From Elainellaceae cyanobacterium (GTDB lineage: Bacteria; Cyanobacteriota; Cyanobacteriia; CAZCXK01), in contig JBNPEG010000032.1 in assembly GCA_051117555.1 (NCBI GenBank), forward strand, positions 3,327 through 67,326: a stretch of 64,000 nucleotides of DNA. The letters run 5' to 3'. Positions 45,957 through 56,204 of the stretch are shown here, piece after piece. Below the pieces are notes generated by a model, which made no database searches, was not told the DNA's origin, and worked only from the letters and a program-made list of their open reading frames with translations. A program made the translations under genes and the position numbers. How positions within the stretch are numbered: position 1 is the stretch's first letter; each line of letters starts with the position of its first letter.

Positions 45957-47367
45957 GGGTAAGTTCCTCCTTCTTGCCTAAGATTCCTTGGGGTCTCCAA
46001 ATCATCAAGACCATTAGTAGTAAACCAATGATCATAATCCGAAATGCACCTAAACGAGCATCATCTAATGGGACAATATCAGCCAAAACGAAGCGGGTTA
46101 GAGTCTGGTATGCCCAGAAAATAGTGGCTCCTAGCAGGGTGCCGACGTTGTTACCTGCCCCGCCTAAAACGACGATTGTCCAAGCATTAAAGGTGACGAG
46201 AGGTTGAAAATTATCTGGATAAATGGTCGTTAGCTGCCACGCATATAGGGCTCCTGCTATTCCAGCGATCGCCCCGCCTAACATGAGCGATTGCAATTTA
46301 TACCAAAACACGTTTTTGCCAAGTGCCTTGGCGACTTCCTCATCTTCTCGAATTGCCTTCAAGACTCGCCCCCACGGAGAGCTGACCAGCCGCTGCAACG
46401 CCCAGAAGACGACAGCCAGCACCAGCAATGAAATTAACATCAGACCCGTTTTAGTTGGGTTGCGAGAATAGTTGTAAAGAGCAGTCGCTAGAAACCCATA
46501 TAGCCAGACACCCAACCCGGTACAAGCCATGACAGAAACAAGCGTACTGGATGCACCGAGTGCAGAAAGTTTTGGAAAGAATTTACGCGATAACCAAATA
46601 TAGAGGGCACACACCCCGGCAAAGACGGCAATCATAGAGATGCCGAGCAGCCAAGGAGGGAGCGCATTCGATAGTTTTAGCTGTTGCGCGCTCAAACCAA
46701 TGCCATAGAGCAGCAAAAGCAGGGAGCCCACATAGCCAGTTAGGATGACCGACCCTTTGATAATGGCTTGGGATGGCACTGCCTTAATTCGGCTTATTGT
46801 ACGCTTCCAAAGCTGCCATAATGCGATGCCCAACACAGCCGTGAGCAGCGCAATCATACCAATCCGGGTGAATATGTTTGGGTTTAGATTGCTTAAGGGC
46901 AGAGAAAATCGCTGGACGCCGAATGATCCCCTAGTCAACCATTCTTCATTCAGTGCGATGAGTCGAATAATTTCTGAAACGCCAATCGTAACGATTGCCA
47001 GATAATCTTCCCGGAGTTTGAGAGTTGACAACCCAATCAACAAGCCCAGAAAAGCAGCGGCACATGCGCCAATTAGAACAGCGATTGGGATTGGAATTTG
47101 CTCCGGCATCACCTGTTGAATTGTTCGAAGAAAGCCGCTTATTGCCTCTGACTGCTGCATCCAGGTGAAATTTTCTAGCATGTTGGTGGGCAATTCTTGG
47201 AGATAGCCCGGAAGAGTCAGCAGGGCGACGAAGTAGGCCCCTACTGCCATAAAGGCAACATGCCCAAAGTTAATGAGCCCGGTAAAGCCCCATTGCAAAT
47301 TTAAGCCCAGACCAAAGAGGGCAAAAATTGATGTGAAGATGACCAGAGAAACAATATAGCCTTCCAT
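45946..47367 (-). CDS. LivM-type ABC transporter permease (NatC-like) with an internal insertion
   Basis: About 10 TM helices. The N-terminus GLNLQWGFTGLINFGHVAF is typical of LivM/LivH permeases. Confidence 0.75.
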   Translation of the reverse strand: MEGYIVSLVIFTSIFALFGLGLNLQWGFTGLINFGHVAFMAVGAYFVALLTLPGYLQELPTNMLENFTWMQQSEAISGFLRTIQQVMPEQIPIPIAVLIGACAAAFLGLLIGLSTLKLREDYLAIVTIGVSEIIRLIALNEEWLTRGSFGVQRFSLPLSNLNPNIFTRIGMIALLTAVLGIALWQLWKRTISRIKAVPSQAIIKGSVILTGYVGSLLLLLYGIGLSAQQLKLSNALPPWLLGISMIAVFAGVCALYIWLSRKFFPKLSALGASSTLVSVMACTGLGVWLYGFLATALYNYSRNPTKTGLMLISLLVLAVVFWALQRLVSSPWGRVLKAIREDEEVAKALGKNVFWYKLQSLMLGGAIAGIAGALYAWQLTTIYPDNFQPLVTFNAWTIVVLGGAGNNVGTLLGATIFWAYQTLTRFVLADIVPLDDARLGAFRIMIIGLLLMVLMIWRPQGILGKKEELTLGR

Positions 47368-47786
47368 GGGGTTTTTGTAAGCAGGTCAACAATCGTAGGG
47401 CGATCATAGGGCGATCGCTCGTCAGCCAAAATTATGCCAGAATCGGGTCTAGATTTTCATCACTTTAAAGATGCTACCTCTGAGTACCTATCCGAAAACT
47501 CGCTAGAGTCTTTGGATGCCAAGACCCCGTCAGGGGTTTTCGGATAATAGGGTCTAAGGGGAGCCTTGAACACGGATGCCGACTAGTGTCGGCTCTATTA
47601 GGTGCTTGCATTTTAACCGTACTGAAAAAATCAGCCAGTATCAAACACAACGGACATAGCCCGCTCCCATCAATTGAATAAAGCTAATCCGATCAGTTCT
47701 TAATTCCTTGGAATTCCTTAAGCTTAGAAATTATTCAATTTCAATCGTTACACTGTAGGCGTGATTCATGTAAGAGGTTTGAGTGT

Positions 47787-49376
47787 ATGGATGCTGCTGC
47801 GCTCTGGCAACGTTACCAAGACTGGCTCTACTATCACCCGGGGTTGGAGTTTTATCTCGACATTAGCCGAATGCGGTTTGATGATAGTTTTGTCGTTGAG
47901 ATGGAGCCCAAATTCAAAAAAGCGTTCGATGATATGAAAGCGCTTGAGCAGGGGGCGATCGCCAACCCCGATGAAGACCGAATGGTTGGGCATTATTGGC
48001 TACGAGATCCGGAGTCGGCACCTACCGAAGAACTCACATCAGACATTGTCGAAACCTTAGAGCAAATCCATTCATTCACTCAAAAAATCCATACTGGTGA
48101 AATTCGCCCACCCCAGGCTCAAAAATTTACCGATATTCTCTCAATCGGTATCGGAGGGTCTGCATTAGGTCCCCAGTTTGTGGCAGAAGCACTCGCGTCG
48201 GTCAGTCCGCCGATGCAAATTCACTTTATTGACAATACCGACCCGGCTGGAATCGATCGCACGCTGACTCAGCTAAAAGATCGCCTGTCGAGTACTTTGG
48301 TGCTCACCATCTCCAAATCAGGTGGCACGCCCGAAACGCGAAACGGCATGCTAGAGGCGAAGCATGCCTATGAAGTCAGAGGTTTAAATTTTGCGCAACA
48401 TGCGGTGGCGACGACGGGGGTCGGCAGCAAGCTCGACGAGCAAGCCAAGCGAGAGGGCTGGTTAGCTCGCTTCCCAATGCACGACTGGGTGGGAGGGCGT
48501 ACGTCTGAAATGTCAGCAGTGGGCTTACTTCCAGCGGCGCTCCAGGGCATTGATATCGATGCCATGCTGGCTGGATCTAGGGAAATGGACAAAACGACTC
48601 GCACGTCAGCGATTAGAAATAATCCGGCGGCTCTCCTAGCGATGGCATGGTACTACGCTGGAAATGGCAAGGGCGATAAAGATATGGTGGTGTTGCCTTA
48701 CAAAGACAGCCTGCTGCTGTTTAGCCGCTATCTCCAGCAGCTCGTTATGGAATCGCTAGGCAAAGAGAAAGATTTAGATGGCAACACGGTCTATCAAGGT
48801 ATTGCAGTATATGGCAATAAAGGAACCACCGACCAACATGCCTATGTACAGCAGTTACGAGAGGGAGTGCCGAACTTCTTTTTGACATTTATTGAAGTTC
48901 TAAAAGATCGCGAAGGGGATTCGATCGCGGTTGAGCCTAACGTGACATCGGGAGATTACTTGTCTGGTTTAATGCAGGGAACTCGCAAAGCGCTATTTGA
49001 GAACCATCGAGATTCGATCACCGTCACGATTCCAGAGGTAAATTCTCGAACCGTAGGCGCGCTGATTGCTCTATATGAGCGTGCGGTCGGTCTTTATGCG
49101 TCGTTGGTTAATGTTAACGCTTACCATCAGCCTGGTGTAGAAGCTGGCAAGAAGGCGGCTGCGGCTGTTCTAGAACTTCAGAAAAAAGTGACGTCGACGC
49201 TTAAAGAGGCTCCCGGTGCATTAACGCTGGATTCACTTGCCGAAAAGTCTGGTGAACCTGGGCAAGTCGAGATTATTTACAAAATTGTGCGACACCTGCA
49301 AGCAAATCAGCGCGGCATTGAAATACAGGGCAATCCGGCAGACTTAGCGAGTCTCAAGATAAAAACGACAGGCTGA
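47787..49376 (+). CDS. pgi: Glucose-6-phosphate isomerase
   Basis: 529 aa with motifs [19 protein letters not shown] and [12 protein letters not shown]. Confidence 0.95.
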   Translation: MDAAALWQRYQDWLYYHPGLEFYLDISRMRFDDSFVVEMEPKFKKAFDDMKALEQGAIANPDEDRMVGHYWLRDPESAPTEELTSDIVETLEQIHSFTQKIHTGEIRPPQAQKFTDILSIGIGGSALGPQFVAEALASVSPPMQIHFIDNTDPAGIDRTLTQLKDRLSSTLVLTISKSGGTPETRNGMLEAKHAYEVRGLNFAQHAVATTGVGSKLDEQAKREGWLARFPMHDWVGGRTSEMSAVGLLPAALQGIDIDAMLAGSREMDKTTRTSAIRNNPAALLAMAWYYAGNGKGDKDMVVLPYKDSLLLFSRYLQQLVMESLGKEKDLDGNTVYQGIAVYGNKGTTDQHAYVQQLREGVPNFFLTFIEVLKDREGDSIAVEPNVTSGDYLSGLMQGTRKALFENHRDSITVTIPEVNSRTVGALIALYERAVGLYASLVNVNAYHQPGVEAGKKAAAAVLELQKKVTSTLKEAPGALTLDSLAEKSGEPGQVEIIYKIVRHLQANQRGIEIQGNPADLASLKIKTTG

Positions 49377-49433
49377 GGGTAAGGGGGCTTCCTAGAGCTA
49401 GATAACCCTGTCTTCGGTAATCTGTTCTCGAAT

Positions 49434-49475
49434 GTACGTTCAGAGTCCTAACGCGAGGGCGTACGGCTCTATCGG
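49434..49475. repeat. Dispersed repeat family, copy e (left half only, inverted orientation)
   Basis: The reverse complement ATAGAGCCGTACGCCCTCGCGTTAGGACTCTGAACGT matches the 5-prime half of copies b and c. Confidence 0.7.
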
Positions 49476-49603
49476 TAGCTGCAAAGAATAAAGGCAGCCT
49501 CATGGGTACAGGTTGAGGCTGCTCTGTAGGGTGATCTACCAGTAGAGGACGATATCATTCCACAGGGGAAATGTCAGGATGGGCGATGCCCCCACTGGGA
49601 TCT

Positions 49604-52600
49604 CTACCAAGGGCTGCCGATCATCGTAAACGCTGCCCAATAAAACGGATGAGATAAATCGCCCGACAATCCATCCGTGTTTGTTTCGGGGAGCGGCACT
49701 GTATCGCCGCGAGTCGTGCGCAATTGCCCTTCTTCTATCCGAATGTTGCCCCTCAGCATAGCAATCTGCGTCTGACGCAGCGCGTCTGCTTTGATGGGAG
49801 TAATTCTCAACTGCTGATAAAATTCGCTCATAAAGCCGAGGGTCCCAGCATCGCTGATGAGCCAGAGGCTTGCCAAGGCAGACTTTACGCCTGCTTGTAG
49901 TGCCAAGCCCGCAAATCCAAGCTCGGCGTCTTCATTACCGAGTGCTGTTTGGCACGCACTTAACACCAACAAATCAACGGGAGGATTGTTGAGCCCTAAT
50001 TCTCGCAATTGATCAAGCCGCAAACGGCGATCGCTAAATTGAATATATGAATTATCAGGAATACCGGGTCGAAATTCGGCGTGGGTTGCTAGATGAACAA
50101 TGCCAAACGGATTTTCTTGCTGCTCTGTTTTCAGATTAGTGAACGTAAAGTCGGTATTGAGGTAGATATCAGCCGGCCACAGGTCGCTGATGGTATTGAG
50201 TTCGATAGGAACGGCAGGTAGAGAGGGCTGATTAACAAAGTCAGAGGCACCCATTGCTAAGACTTGGGCACCACGCAAATCTGCATAGCGGGTGTCAACT
50301 AAACTTAAGCTGGGCATCATGCCAACGCTATAGCGCTCGATCAGAAACTGATTGCCATCATGGAGGGCTGCTACCGGGAGCGATCGCAGGCCAGCATCCA
50401 TCACAAAGGCGATGTTATCAATCTCCTGCGCGTGCAGATCGGCTTCAATCGGGGCAACCAGCCAACCATAGAGCTGCTGCGCGGAAGATAGATAGCCTGT
50501 GCTGCCGATGCGTCGTCGATCGGATACTTGGCTGGTAAACCGACGGCTGACTCTCAGCACCTCATCGCGAGTCACATCCCGGATTGGTTTGCGAATCACT
50601 TCACCCCCTTCCGTCACCAAAATCAACTCGAGGCGATCGCTCCCCTGCGGCTGAAACGAGAAAGTCAAGTCCGTTTCTGTTTTATCGTGTTCTAGATAGT
50701 TCTGAATCTCTTCGGTGGCGGCTGACTCCCGCTGGGTGTAACCCGGCGAAAGAGACGTTCCAGTTGGCACAAAGCCAACATAGACGAGAGCAGGCTTCGC
50801 CCCGATTGATTGCTCGATGGTTTGCATGATATTGCGAGTCTGATTAAGGGTGAGAACCACGTCTCGCTGCACCCCGGCAGGTGGAACGTTGGGATCCTCA
50901 GAATTAACCTCATCGTCTATGTCGTCTTCCGCTTGATTATCACAAAACGGCGGACAGACGTCCTCGCGCAACGTGACAGGGGGTTCGGGAGCACCATCCG
51001 GATTAGTTCCATTCACCAGCCCGGTGATGATGCGAATTCGTCCTGGAGAGTCGCCCTCCGAAACGCTATTTTCAAACACGTGTTGCGGATTGGATGGCAG
51101 GATGGCAGTGCCACTTGTAAGATCGCCTGCGGTGCCATTCACATCGGCATCACCCACAATGAACGGCGTATTGCGACGAGCCCCGCTGTGGCGAATCGTA
51201 ATGTCGCCTCCCGCAATGCCTCCAGCGGTCGAGATGCTGGCCGTTAGCCCGTTTTGGTCAAAGAATGTGTCAATCGCCCTAAAAAATCGCCGGGTGGTAA
51301 TGTCAACGGTTCCGCCGCTACCCTCAGGTCCGCCTTGAGCATCGATTAGGTCTACTCGCACATTGCGACGCGGATCAATCAATACATCGCCGCCATCGCC
51401 AAAATTGCCACTCGTGAAAATCGCTCCGGTTCGTATTGTCCTAAGCGCGTTGAGCACGATATCGCCACCCGTTGCCCCTGATGCGATCAGGTCGTCTGTG
51501 AGAATTGAGCCCCTGTTAGCAGTGAGGGCGATCGCTCCACCATTGCCACTGGAAGACGAAGAAACAATGGGGCTGTCGATAGCAATATCGCCATTGTCAG
51601 CCGTTAGAGTAATGTCTCCCCCGTCTCCGGCGTTGAGATCTGGGTTAGATGGGTCAAACAATACCGCATCACGGGCGATCGCTGAAATCAATCCATCCAC
51701 CAAAATGTTGCCACTCGTCGCAGTCAATTCAATAGTTCCGCCATTTCTGTTCTCAGACGACGGCGAAACTAGGGATGTATCGAGAGTTCCGGCTGTGATG
51801 CTAGCGGCTGAAATGCTCAAATCTCGTCCGTCTGCTCGAATCGTGTCGCCACTATTCATGGTGAAGATACCGACATTGTCTGCATCTGCATCTGCCCGAA
51901 ACGTGATTGAACCTCCAGGGCCGGCTGCAAACGTGAGTTCGTTATCGGATAAGTCCTCGATGGTGATGGAGTCGGTCGCCTCCAAAATAACGTTGGCATC
52001 TGCGGCGATCGCTTCGAGAGCCAACTCTGAGAGTGTGAAATCTGTTCCTAGCCCATCGGCTTGAAAAATTTGTCCATCTTCAATCTGACCGTCATTCGAG
52101 GCGTCTTCGCCATTGATAATGACGATATTGTCGGGGTCGAGGAGGAGCGTTCCTGTTTCACCCAAAGGGGCACTTAGGTCAACGCCACCGTCGAAGTTGA
52201 GATGATCTCGACCTGAGATCTCGACAAAGCCGCCATCGCCGCCACCCTCGCTGCCGCGTGCAGTCGCGGTTCCATAAAACTGAGTTGTGTCATCTGCCCA
52301 GACGATAATCGTACCGCCTGGACTGAGCGCAGACGTTGAAGGATTCGCGATTGGATTGAAACGTGCGGGATCGAGTCCGTCAGACTGAAGTATGGTAGCG
52401 CTATCAATATAGGTGTGCTCGGCGTTAAACGTGGAAGATATTGCATACCGAGTTGAACCGATGTGAGCTTCGTGTCCTTCTCCCGATCCTCGATAGTCGC
52501 CGCCAATGCGAATGGTGCCACCCCCGCGAGGGCTAGATGCGTCGAGGTCAGCCGCAATCAATCCGATGCGATCGCCCAATACGTTAATTTCAGGAAATCG

Positions 52601-53548
52601 AAGCGGGGAGGGAGACGACGTTGCCGATAACGAGGCATCTAGGGTGCCGGATACAACTACGGTTCCAGACGTAGGTTCAATTCTTAGCCTAGAGCCAATA
52701 ATGCTGATTGTGCCATCAGGATTAGCAGTAACTCGGTCGGCATTGCCAAAGCCGCTGCCGGTCAATAAGTCGGGCAGTTGTAACGGCGTAAACGGAACAG
52801 ATGCTCCGAATCCTCCATTCTGCTGTTCTGCTTCTCTTGTTTCCAATTCAAGGCTTAATAAGGCCCCGTCTTGACTGATCCGCACGAGGTTTTCGCCCTC
52901 AACCGCTGCGATAGTAATCGTTCCGTCGGGGGCAGAAAGGGTTCCGGTATTGATTACCGTTCCGCCTAGCAGCGTGAGTGATTCGCTCGCATTGACCTCT
53001 AATTCTCCGGCGTTGAGAATCGCGCCGGGTTGACTCAGATCAAACGCAAATGCAGTCGGCTCTCCCACCAATGTTTCGTAGTCATTGGGGCTAAACGCAC
53101 TAAACCAGCGATCGCCCAGGCTGATGCCAGTCGCGGTCGTTGCTGTGAATGAACCCGGCACATCCAAGCGAGCATTAGGACCGAAGATGACGCCTGCCGG
53201 ATTCATCAGATAGAGATTGGAGTTGCCACCCGTCACGCGAATCAGTCCCTCAATCACCGAGGCATTGCCGCCCACGACTCGACTCAGAATAGTTTGGATA
53301 TCAGGATTGGAGAGGAAATTCGCAATTTGCGACTCACTCAAGCCAAATTCATCAAAGCTATGGAAGAGGTTTCTGCCATCACGGGAGAGCGACCCGCCTT
53401 CGATATTGATGCGATCGCCTTGGGTATTGACTTGGGTTCCAGTGCCGTCAAGGGCTGGAGAAACTTGGGCGATCGCATCGTGGGTGGCCCAAATTACTAG
53501 CGGAAGCGACGTCAAGCCAACGGCGATCAGGGGTAGAGCGATATTCAT
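49604..53548 (-). CDS. Two-partner-secretion exoprotein: haemagglutinin-type TPS domain plus beta-helical repeats plus a C-terminal CHAT (caspase-like) domain
   Basis: The TPS domain reads NLFHSFDEFGL...VVGGNASVIEGLIRV...NLYLMNPAGVIFG. A long G/D/T/I-rich repeat region follows. The CHAT dyad is IVHLATHAEF and LLVLSACQTA (Cys codon 49952-49954), and the protein ends HPFYWAAFTMIGSPW. The start is probably MNIALPL (53548). Confidence 0.85.
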   Translation of the reverse strand: MNIALPLIAVGLTSLPLVIWATHDAIAQVSPALDGTGTQVNTQGDRINIEGGSLSRDGRNLFHSFDEFGLSESQIANFLSNPDIQTILSRVVGGNASVIEGLIRVTGGNSNLYLMNPAGVIFGPNARLDVPGSFTATTATGISLGDRWFSAFSPNDYETLVGEPTAFAFDLSQPGAILNAGELEVNASESLTLLGGTVINTGTLSAPDGTITIAAVEGENLVRISQDGALLSLELETREAEQQNGGFGASVPFTPLQLPDLLTGSGFGNADRVTANPDGTISIIGSRLRIEPTSGTVVVSGTLDASLSATSSPSPLRFPEINVLGDRIGLIAADLDASSPRGGGTIRIGGDYRGSGEGHEAHIGSTRYAISSTFNAEHTYIDSATILQSDGLDPARFNPIANPSTSALSPGGTIIVWADDTTQFYGTATARGSEGGGDGGFVEISGRDHLNFDGGVDLSAPLGETGTLLLDPDNIVIINGEDASNDGQIEDGQIFQADGLGTDFTLSELALEAIAADANVILEATDSITIEDLSDNELTFAAGPGGSITFRADADADNVGIFTMNSGDTIRADGRDLSISAASITAGTLDTSLVSPSSENRNGGTIELTATSGNILVDGLISAIARDAVLFDPSNPDLNAGDGGDITLTADNGDIAIDSPIVSSSSSGNGGAIALTANRGSILTDDLIASGATGGDIVLNALRTIRTGAIFTSGNFGDGGDVLIDPRRNVRVDLIDAQGGPEGSGGTVDITTRRFFRAIDTFFDQNGLTASISTAGGIAGGDITIRHSGARRNTPFIVGDADVNGTAGDLTSGTAILPSNPQHVFENSVSEGDSPGRIRIITGLVNGTNPDGAPEPPVTLREDVCPPFCDNQAEDDIDDEVNSEDPNVPPAGVQRDVVLTLNQTRNIMQTIEQSIGAKPALVYVGFVPTGTSLSPGYTQRESAATEEIQNYLEHDKTETDLTFSFQPQGSDRLELILVTEGGEVIRKPIRDVTRDEVLRVSRRFTSQVSDRRRIGSTGYLSSAQQLYGWLVAPIEADLHAQEIDNIAFVMDAGLRSLPVAALHDGNQFLIERYSVGMMPSLSLVDTRYADLRGAQVLAMGASDFVNQPSLPAVPIELNTISDLWPADIYLNTDFTFTNLKTEQQENPFGIVHLATHAEFRPGIPDNSYIQFSDRRLRLDQLRELGLNNPPVDLLVLSACQTALGNEDAELGFAGLALQAGVKSALASLWLISDAGTLGFMSEFYQQLRITPIKADALRQTQIAMLRGNIRIEEGQLRTTRGDTVPLPETNTDGLSGDLSHPFYWAAFTMIGSPW

Positions 53549-53652
53549 AACGTTTCCCGAAACGGTAGAGCGGTCGAATCGAATCAGTCGGATGAATTCT
53601 ATTTGTAGAGTGTATTCCATGCAGACCCATGTCGATCCATTCAGGTCAATTA

Positions 53653-53747
53653 ATATAGCTTTACGCTCTCGCGTTAGGACGCTGAACGATGTAGAACCCG
53701 CGCGCCGCGCGGGTTCTACGTACAAACCTGAGCCTGTAGGGCTGTAC
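53653..53747. repeat. Dispersed repeat family, copy c (full length)
   Basis: It contains the perfect palindrome GAACCCGCGCGCCGCGCGGGTTC and the module AAACCTGAGCCTGTAGGGCT. Confidence 0.85.
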
Positions 53748-53806
53748 TAGTCATAAGGCAGATAAACGCTAATCCTTTGGCTCAGTTTTTCTCATACTCA
53801 ATCGGC

Positions 53807-55141
53807 ATGCATACTAACCCGTCTTCAACCTGGACAGACTTTCGTCCCCGATTTATTCGCCTTGCCATTGTCAATGTCATCTCAAACCTAATGGTTCCGC
53901 TAGCAGGGCTCATCGATATGGCATTTCTCGGACATCTTGCAGACATTCGTCATCTCGCAGGGGTGTCGCTTGCCACGGTGATTTTTAACTATATCTATTG
54001 GTCGTTTGGCTTCCTGCGAATGGGCACAACCGGCCTGACCGCTCAAGCTGTTGGGCGGGGCGATCGCCACGATGTGCTGCTTACGGGTTTCCGCAACGGC
54101 ATTCTTGCTCTTGCATTGGGGCTAATTTTACTCACGCTGCAATATCCGTTACGCCATATCGGGTTTGCATTGCTTAATGCCACACCGGATGTACAAGCCT
54201 CGGGAGAAGCATTTTTTAACGCTCGTATCTGGGGATCACCAGCGGTGTTGCTCAACTATGTGCTCATCGGTTGGTTCTTAGGACGTGAAAAAGGAACGCT
54301 GGTGCTGCTATTTTCTGCCATCGTCAATGGGGCAAATGTGGTGCTCGATTACGGGTTTATTGTACAGATGGGATGGGAAAGCGCTGGGGCAGGCTGGGCA
54401 ACCGCACTGAGTCAATATTTGGCGCTCATGTTTGGGCTAGTTGCAGTCAGTCGGGAAGTCTCGTGGGCACAGTTGCGGGCGATCGCCCCTCATCTCGTTG
54501 ACTGGGCAGCTCTCAGAGCTGTGTTTACTCTCAACGGCGATATTCTAGTCCGCACCTTTGCGTTAACAACCGCATTTGCCGTATTTACGAATATTAGTGC
54601 CGCGCTGGGCACTGTTGCGCTAGCCACCAATACGCTACTTTTACAAATCATCACGCTTGCCGCCTATTTTATTGACGGGCTTGCCTTTGCCACCGAAAGT
54701 ATTTCTGGAGTGATTCGTGGAACGGGCAAAATAGGCCAGTTAGTCCCGCTTGTGCGGTTTTCGGGTGGAGTGAGTCTCGCCGCTGGCGTAATGTTTGCAC
54801 TGCCCTTTGTCATACGTCCCGATCTTTTCTTTAGCATGCTGACGAACCACCAGACCCTCATCGATGAAGTTAGTCGCTATGTTCTATGGCTGTTGCCTGT
54901 ATTAGGATTTGGTTCAATCGCGTTCATGCTAGACGGCTACTTTCTAGGTCTAACCGAAGGACGCATCCTCCGCAATGCCATGATCGTATCTACGCTGGTT
55001 GGGTTTATTCCAGTGGCGATCGCGGGCTGGTACTTCCAAAATCTTCAAATCCTTTGGCTATCGCTAACCTCATTTATGCTGGCTAGATCAATTACACTGG
55101 CGTGGCAGATCCCCGCCACGCTGAAAGCGAATAAGCAATGA
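53807..55141 (+). CDS. MATE-family efflux transporter (DinF-like)
   Basis: 12 predicted TM helices. The N-terminus LAIVNVISNLMVPLAGLIDMAFLGHL is typical of MATE proteins. Confidence 0.8.
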   Translation: MHTNPSSTWTDFRPRFIRLAIVNVISNLMVPLAGLIDMAFLGHLADIRHLAGVSLATVIFNYIYWSFGFLRMGTTGLTAQAVGRGDRHDVLLTGFRNGILALALGLILLTLQYPLRHIGFALLNATPDVQASGEAFFNARIWGSPAVLLNYVLIGWFLGREKGTLVLLFSAIVNGANVVLDYGFIVQMGWESAGAGWATALSQYLALMFGLVAVSREVSWAQLRAIAPHLVDWAALRAVFTLNGDILVRTFALTTAFAVFTNISAALGTVALATNTLLLQIITLAAYFIDGLAFATESISGVIRGTGKIGQLVPLVRFSGGVSLAAGVMFALPFVIRPDLFFSMLTNHQTLIDEVSRYVLWLLPVLGFGSIAFMLDGYFLGLTEGRILRNAMIVSTLVGFIPVAIAGWYFQNLQILWLSLTSFMLARSITLAWQIPATLKANKQ

Positions 55142-55355
55142 CCATCGCCTCAAAATCGGTAGCCTACTCAAAATCGTTATGAGTATGATATATTCGTAAC
55201 AGTTCGTAAATTATGGTTCGACAAATTGAACATGATGCCCATAGGTAGACAGCTTGATAAATCTGCTGGGCGTATTAGATTTTCCGCGAACATGTAGAAG
55301 CGTAATCTCACATTACATATCGTAATCTCATATCACGCATAAGGAGAGTTCGTTC

Positions 55356-55961
55356 ATGACTTATCAGACAGAAGGATGTTTGCGGGTTGGTCAACCTGCA
55401 ACTGATTTCACTGCAACAGCAGTATACGATCAGGAATTCAAGACAATTAAACTGTCTGACTATCGTGGTAAGTATGTTGTCTTGTTCTTTTACCCTCTAG
55501 ACTTTACATTTGTTTGTCCTACTGAAATCACAGCGTTCAGCGATCGCTTCGAGGAATTCAAAAATCTAGGCACGGAAGTGCTTGGCGTTTCAGTCGACAG
55601 CGAATTCTCTCACCTTGCTTGGATTCAGACCGATCGGAAGTCGGGTGGTGTTGGCGACCTCAACTATCCACTGGTTTCTGACATCAAGAAAGAAATCAGC
55701 ACCGCTTTTAACGTACTTGAACCTGAAGCTGGCGTTGCGTTGCGTGGTCTATTTATCCTTGACAAGGATGGCATTATTCAACACTCAACGATTAATAACC
55801 TATCGTTTGGGCGCAACGTCGATGAAACGTTGCGTGTACTGCAAGCTATCCAATATGTTCAGACTCATCCGGATGAGGTGTGCCCAGCAGGCTGGAAACC
55901 CGGTGAGAAGACGATGACTCCTGATCCAGTGAAGTCCAAAGAATTCTTCGCGGCCGTGTAG
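55356..55961 (+). CDS. Typical 2-Cys peroxiredoxin
   Basis: The peroxidatic Cys is in DFTFVCPTE and the resolving Cys is in EVCPAGW. Confidence 0.95.
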   Translation: MTYQTEGCLRVGQPATDFTATAVYDQEFKTIKLSDYRGKYVVLFFYPLDFTFVCPTEITAFSDRFEEFKNLGTEVLGVSVDSEFSHLAWIQTDRKSGGVGDLNYPLVSDIKKEISTAFNVLEPEAGVALRGLFILDKDGIIQHSTINNLSFGRNVDETLRVLQAIQYVQTHPDEVCPAGWKPGEKTMTPDPVKSKEFFAAV

Positions 55962-55985
55962 TCAAGTTTCCAGATGATGTCGGAC

Positions 55986-56045
55986 GTATGTAGACCCTCG
56001 CAGTGCGGGGGGCTATGCATAAATCTGAGCCTGTAGGGCTATATC
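55986..56045. repeat. Dispersed repeat family, copy d (right half)
   Basis: TGTAGACCCTCGCAGTGCGGGGGGCTATGCATAAATCTGAGCCTGTAGGGCTATAT. Confidence 0.8.
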
Positions 56046-56161
56046 CCTTGAATTCTATGGGTAAATTCTACGGGCACGGCAGGTGAGAAGGTACAGCATT
56101 AGCCAGAATAGCTTAGGACATAACTCTTAACCACAGGACTAAGCTGGGAAAGCTGGCATGT

Positions 56162-56185
56162 AACCGCCCAAAGAACTGGGCGGTT
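56162..56185 (-). terminator. 9-bp hairpin about 20 nt downstream of the 450-aa TPR gene
   Basis: AACCGCCCA-AAGAAC-TGGGCGGTT. There is no clear U-tract. Confidence 0.4.
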
Positions 56186-56204
56186 GCACTAAATCAAACT
56201 GAGT

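Noticed and set aside
47489-47600. A guanidine-I (ykkC) or glutamine riboswitch upstream of the amino-acid transporter genes.
   Set aside because: I compared both strands by eye with the conserved cores I remember (GGGA/ACGR boxes of ykkC, and the glnA RNA core) and found no match. The region is kept only as an unclassified structured region.
50254-53750. Numerous + strand ORFs (up to 233 aa) opposite the TPS-CHAT gene, plus the N-terminal 59 codons of the long minus-strand ORF.
   Set aside because: The + strand ORFs are antisense shadows of a long repeat-rich gene. The 5-prime extension of the minus ORF reads through dispersed-repeat copy c, and a signal-like start (MNIALPLIAVG) exists at 53548.
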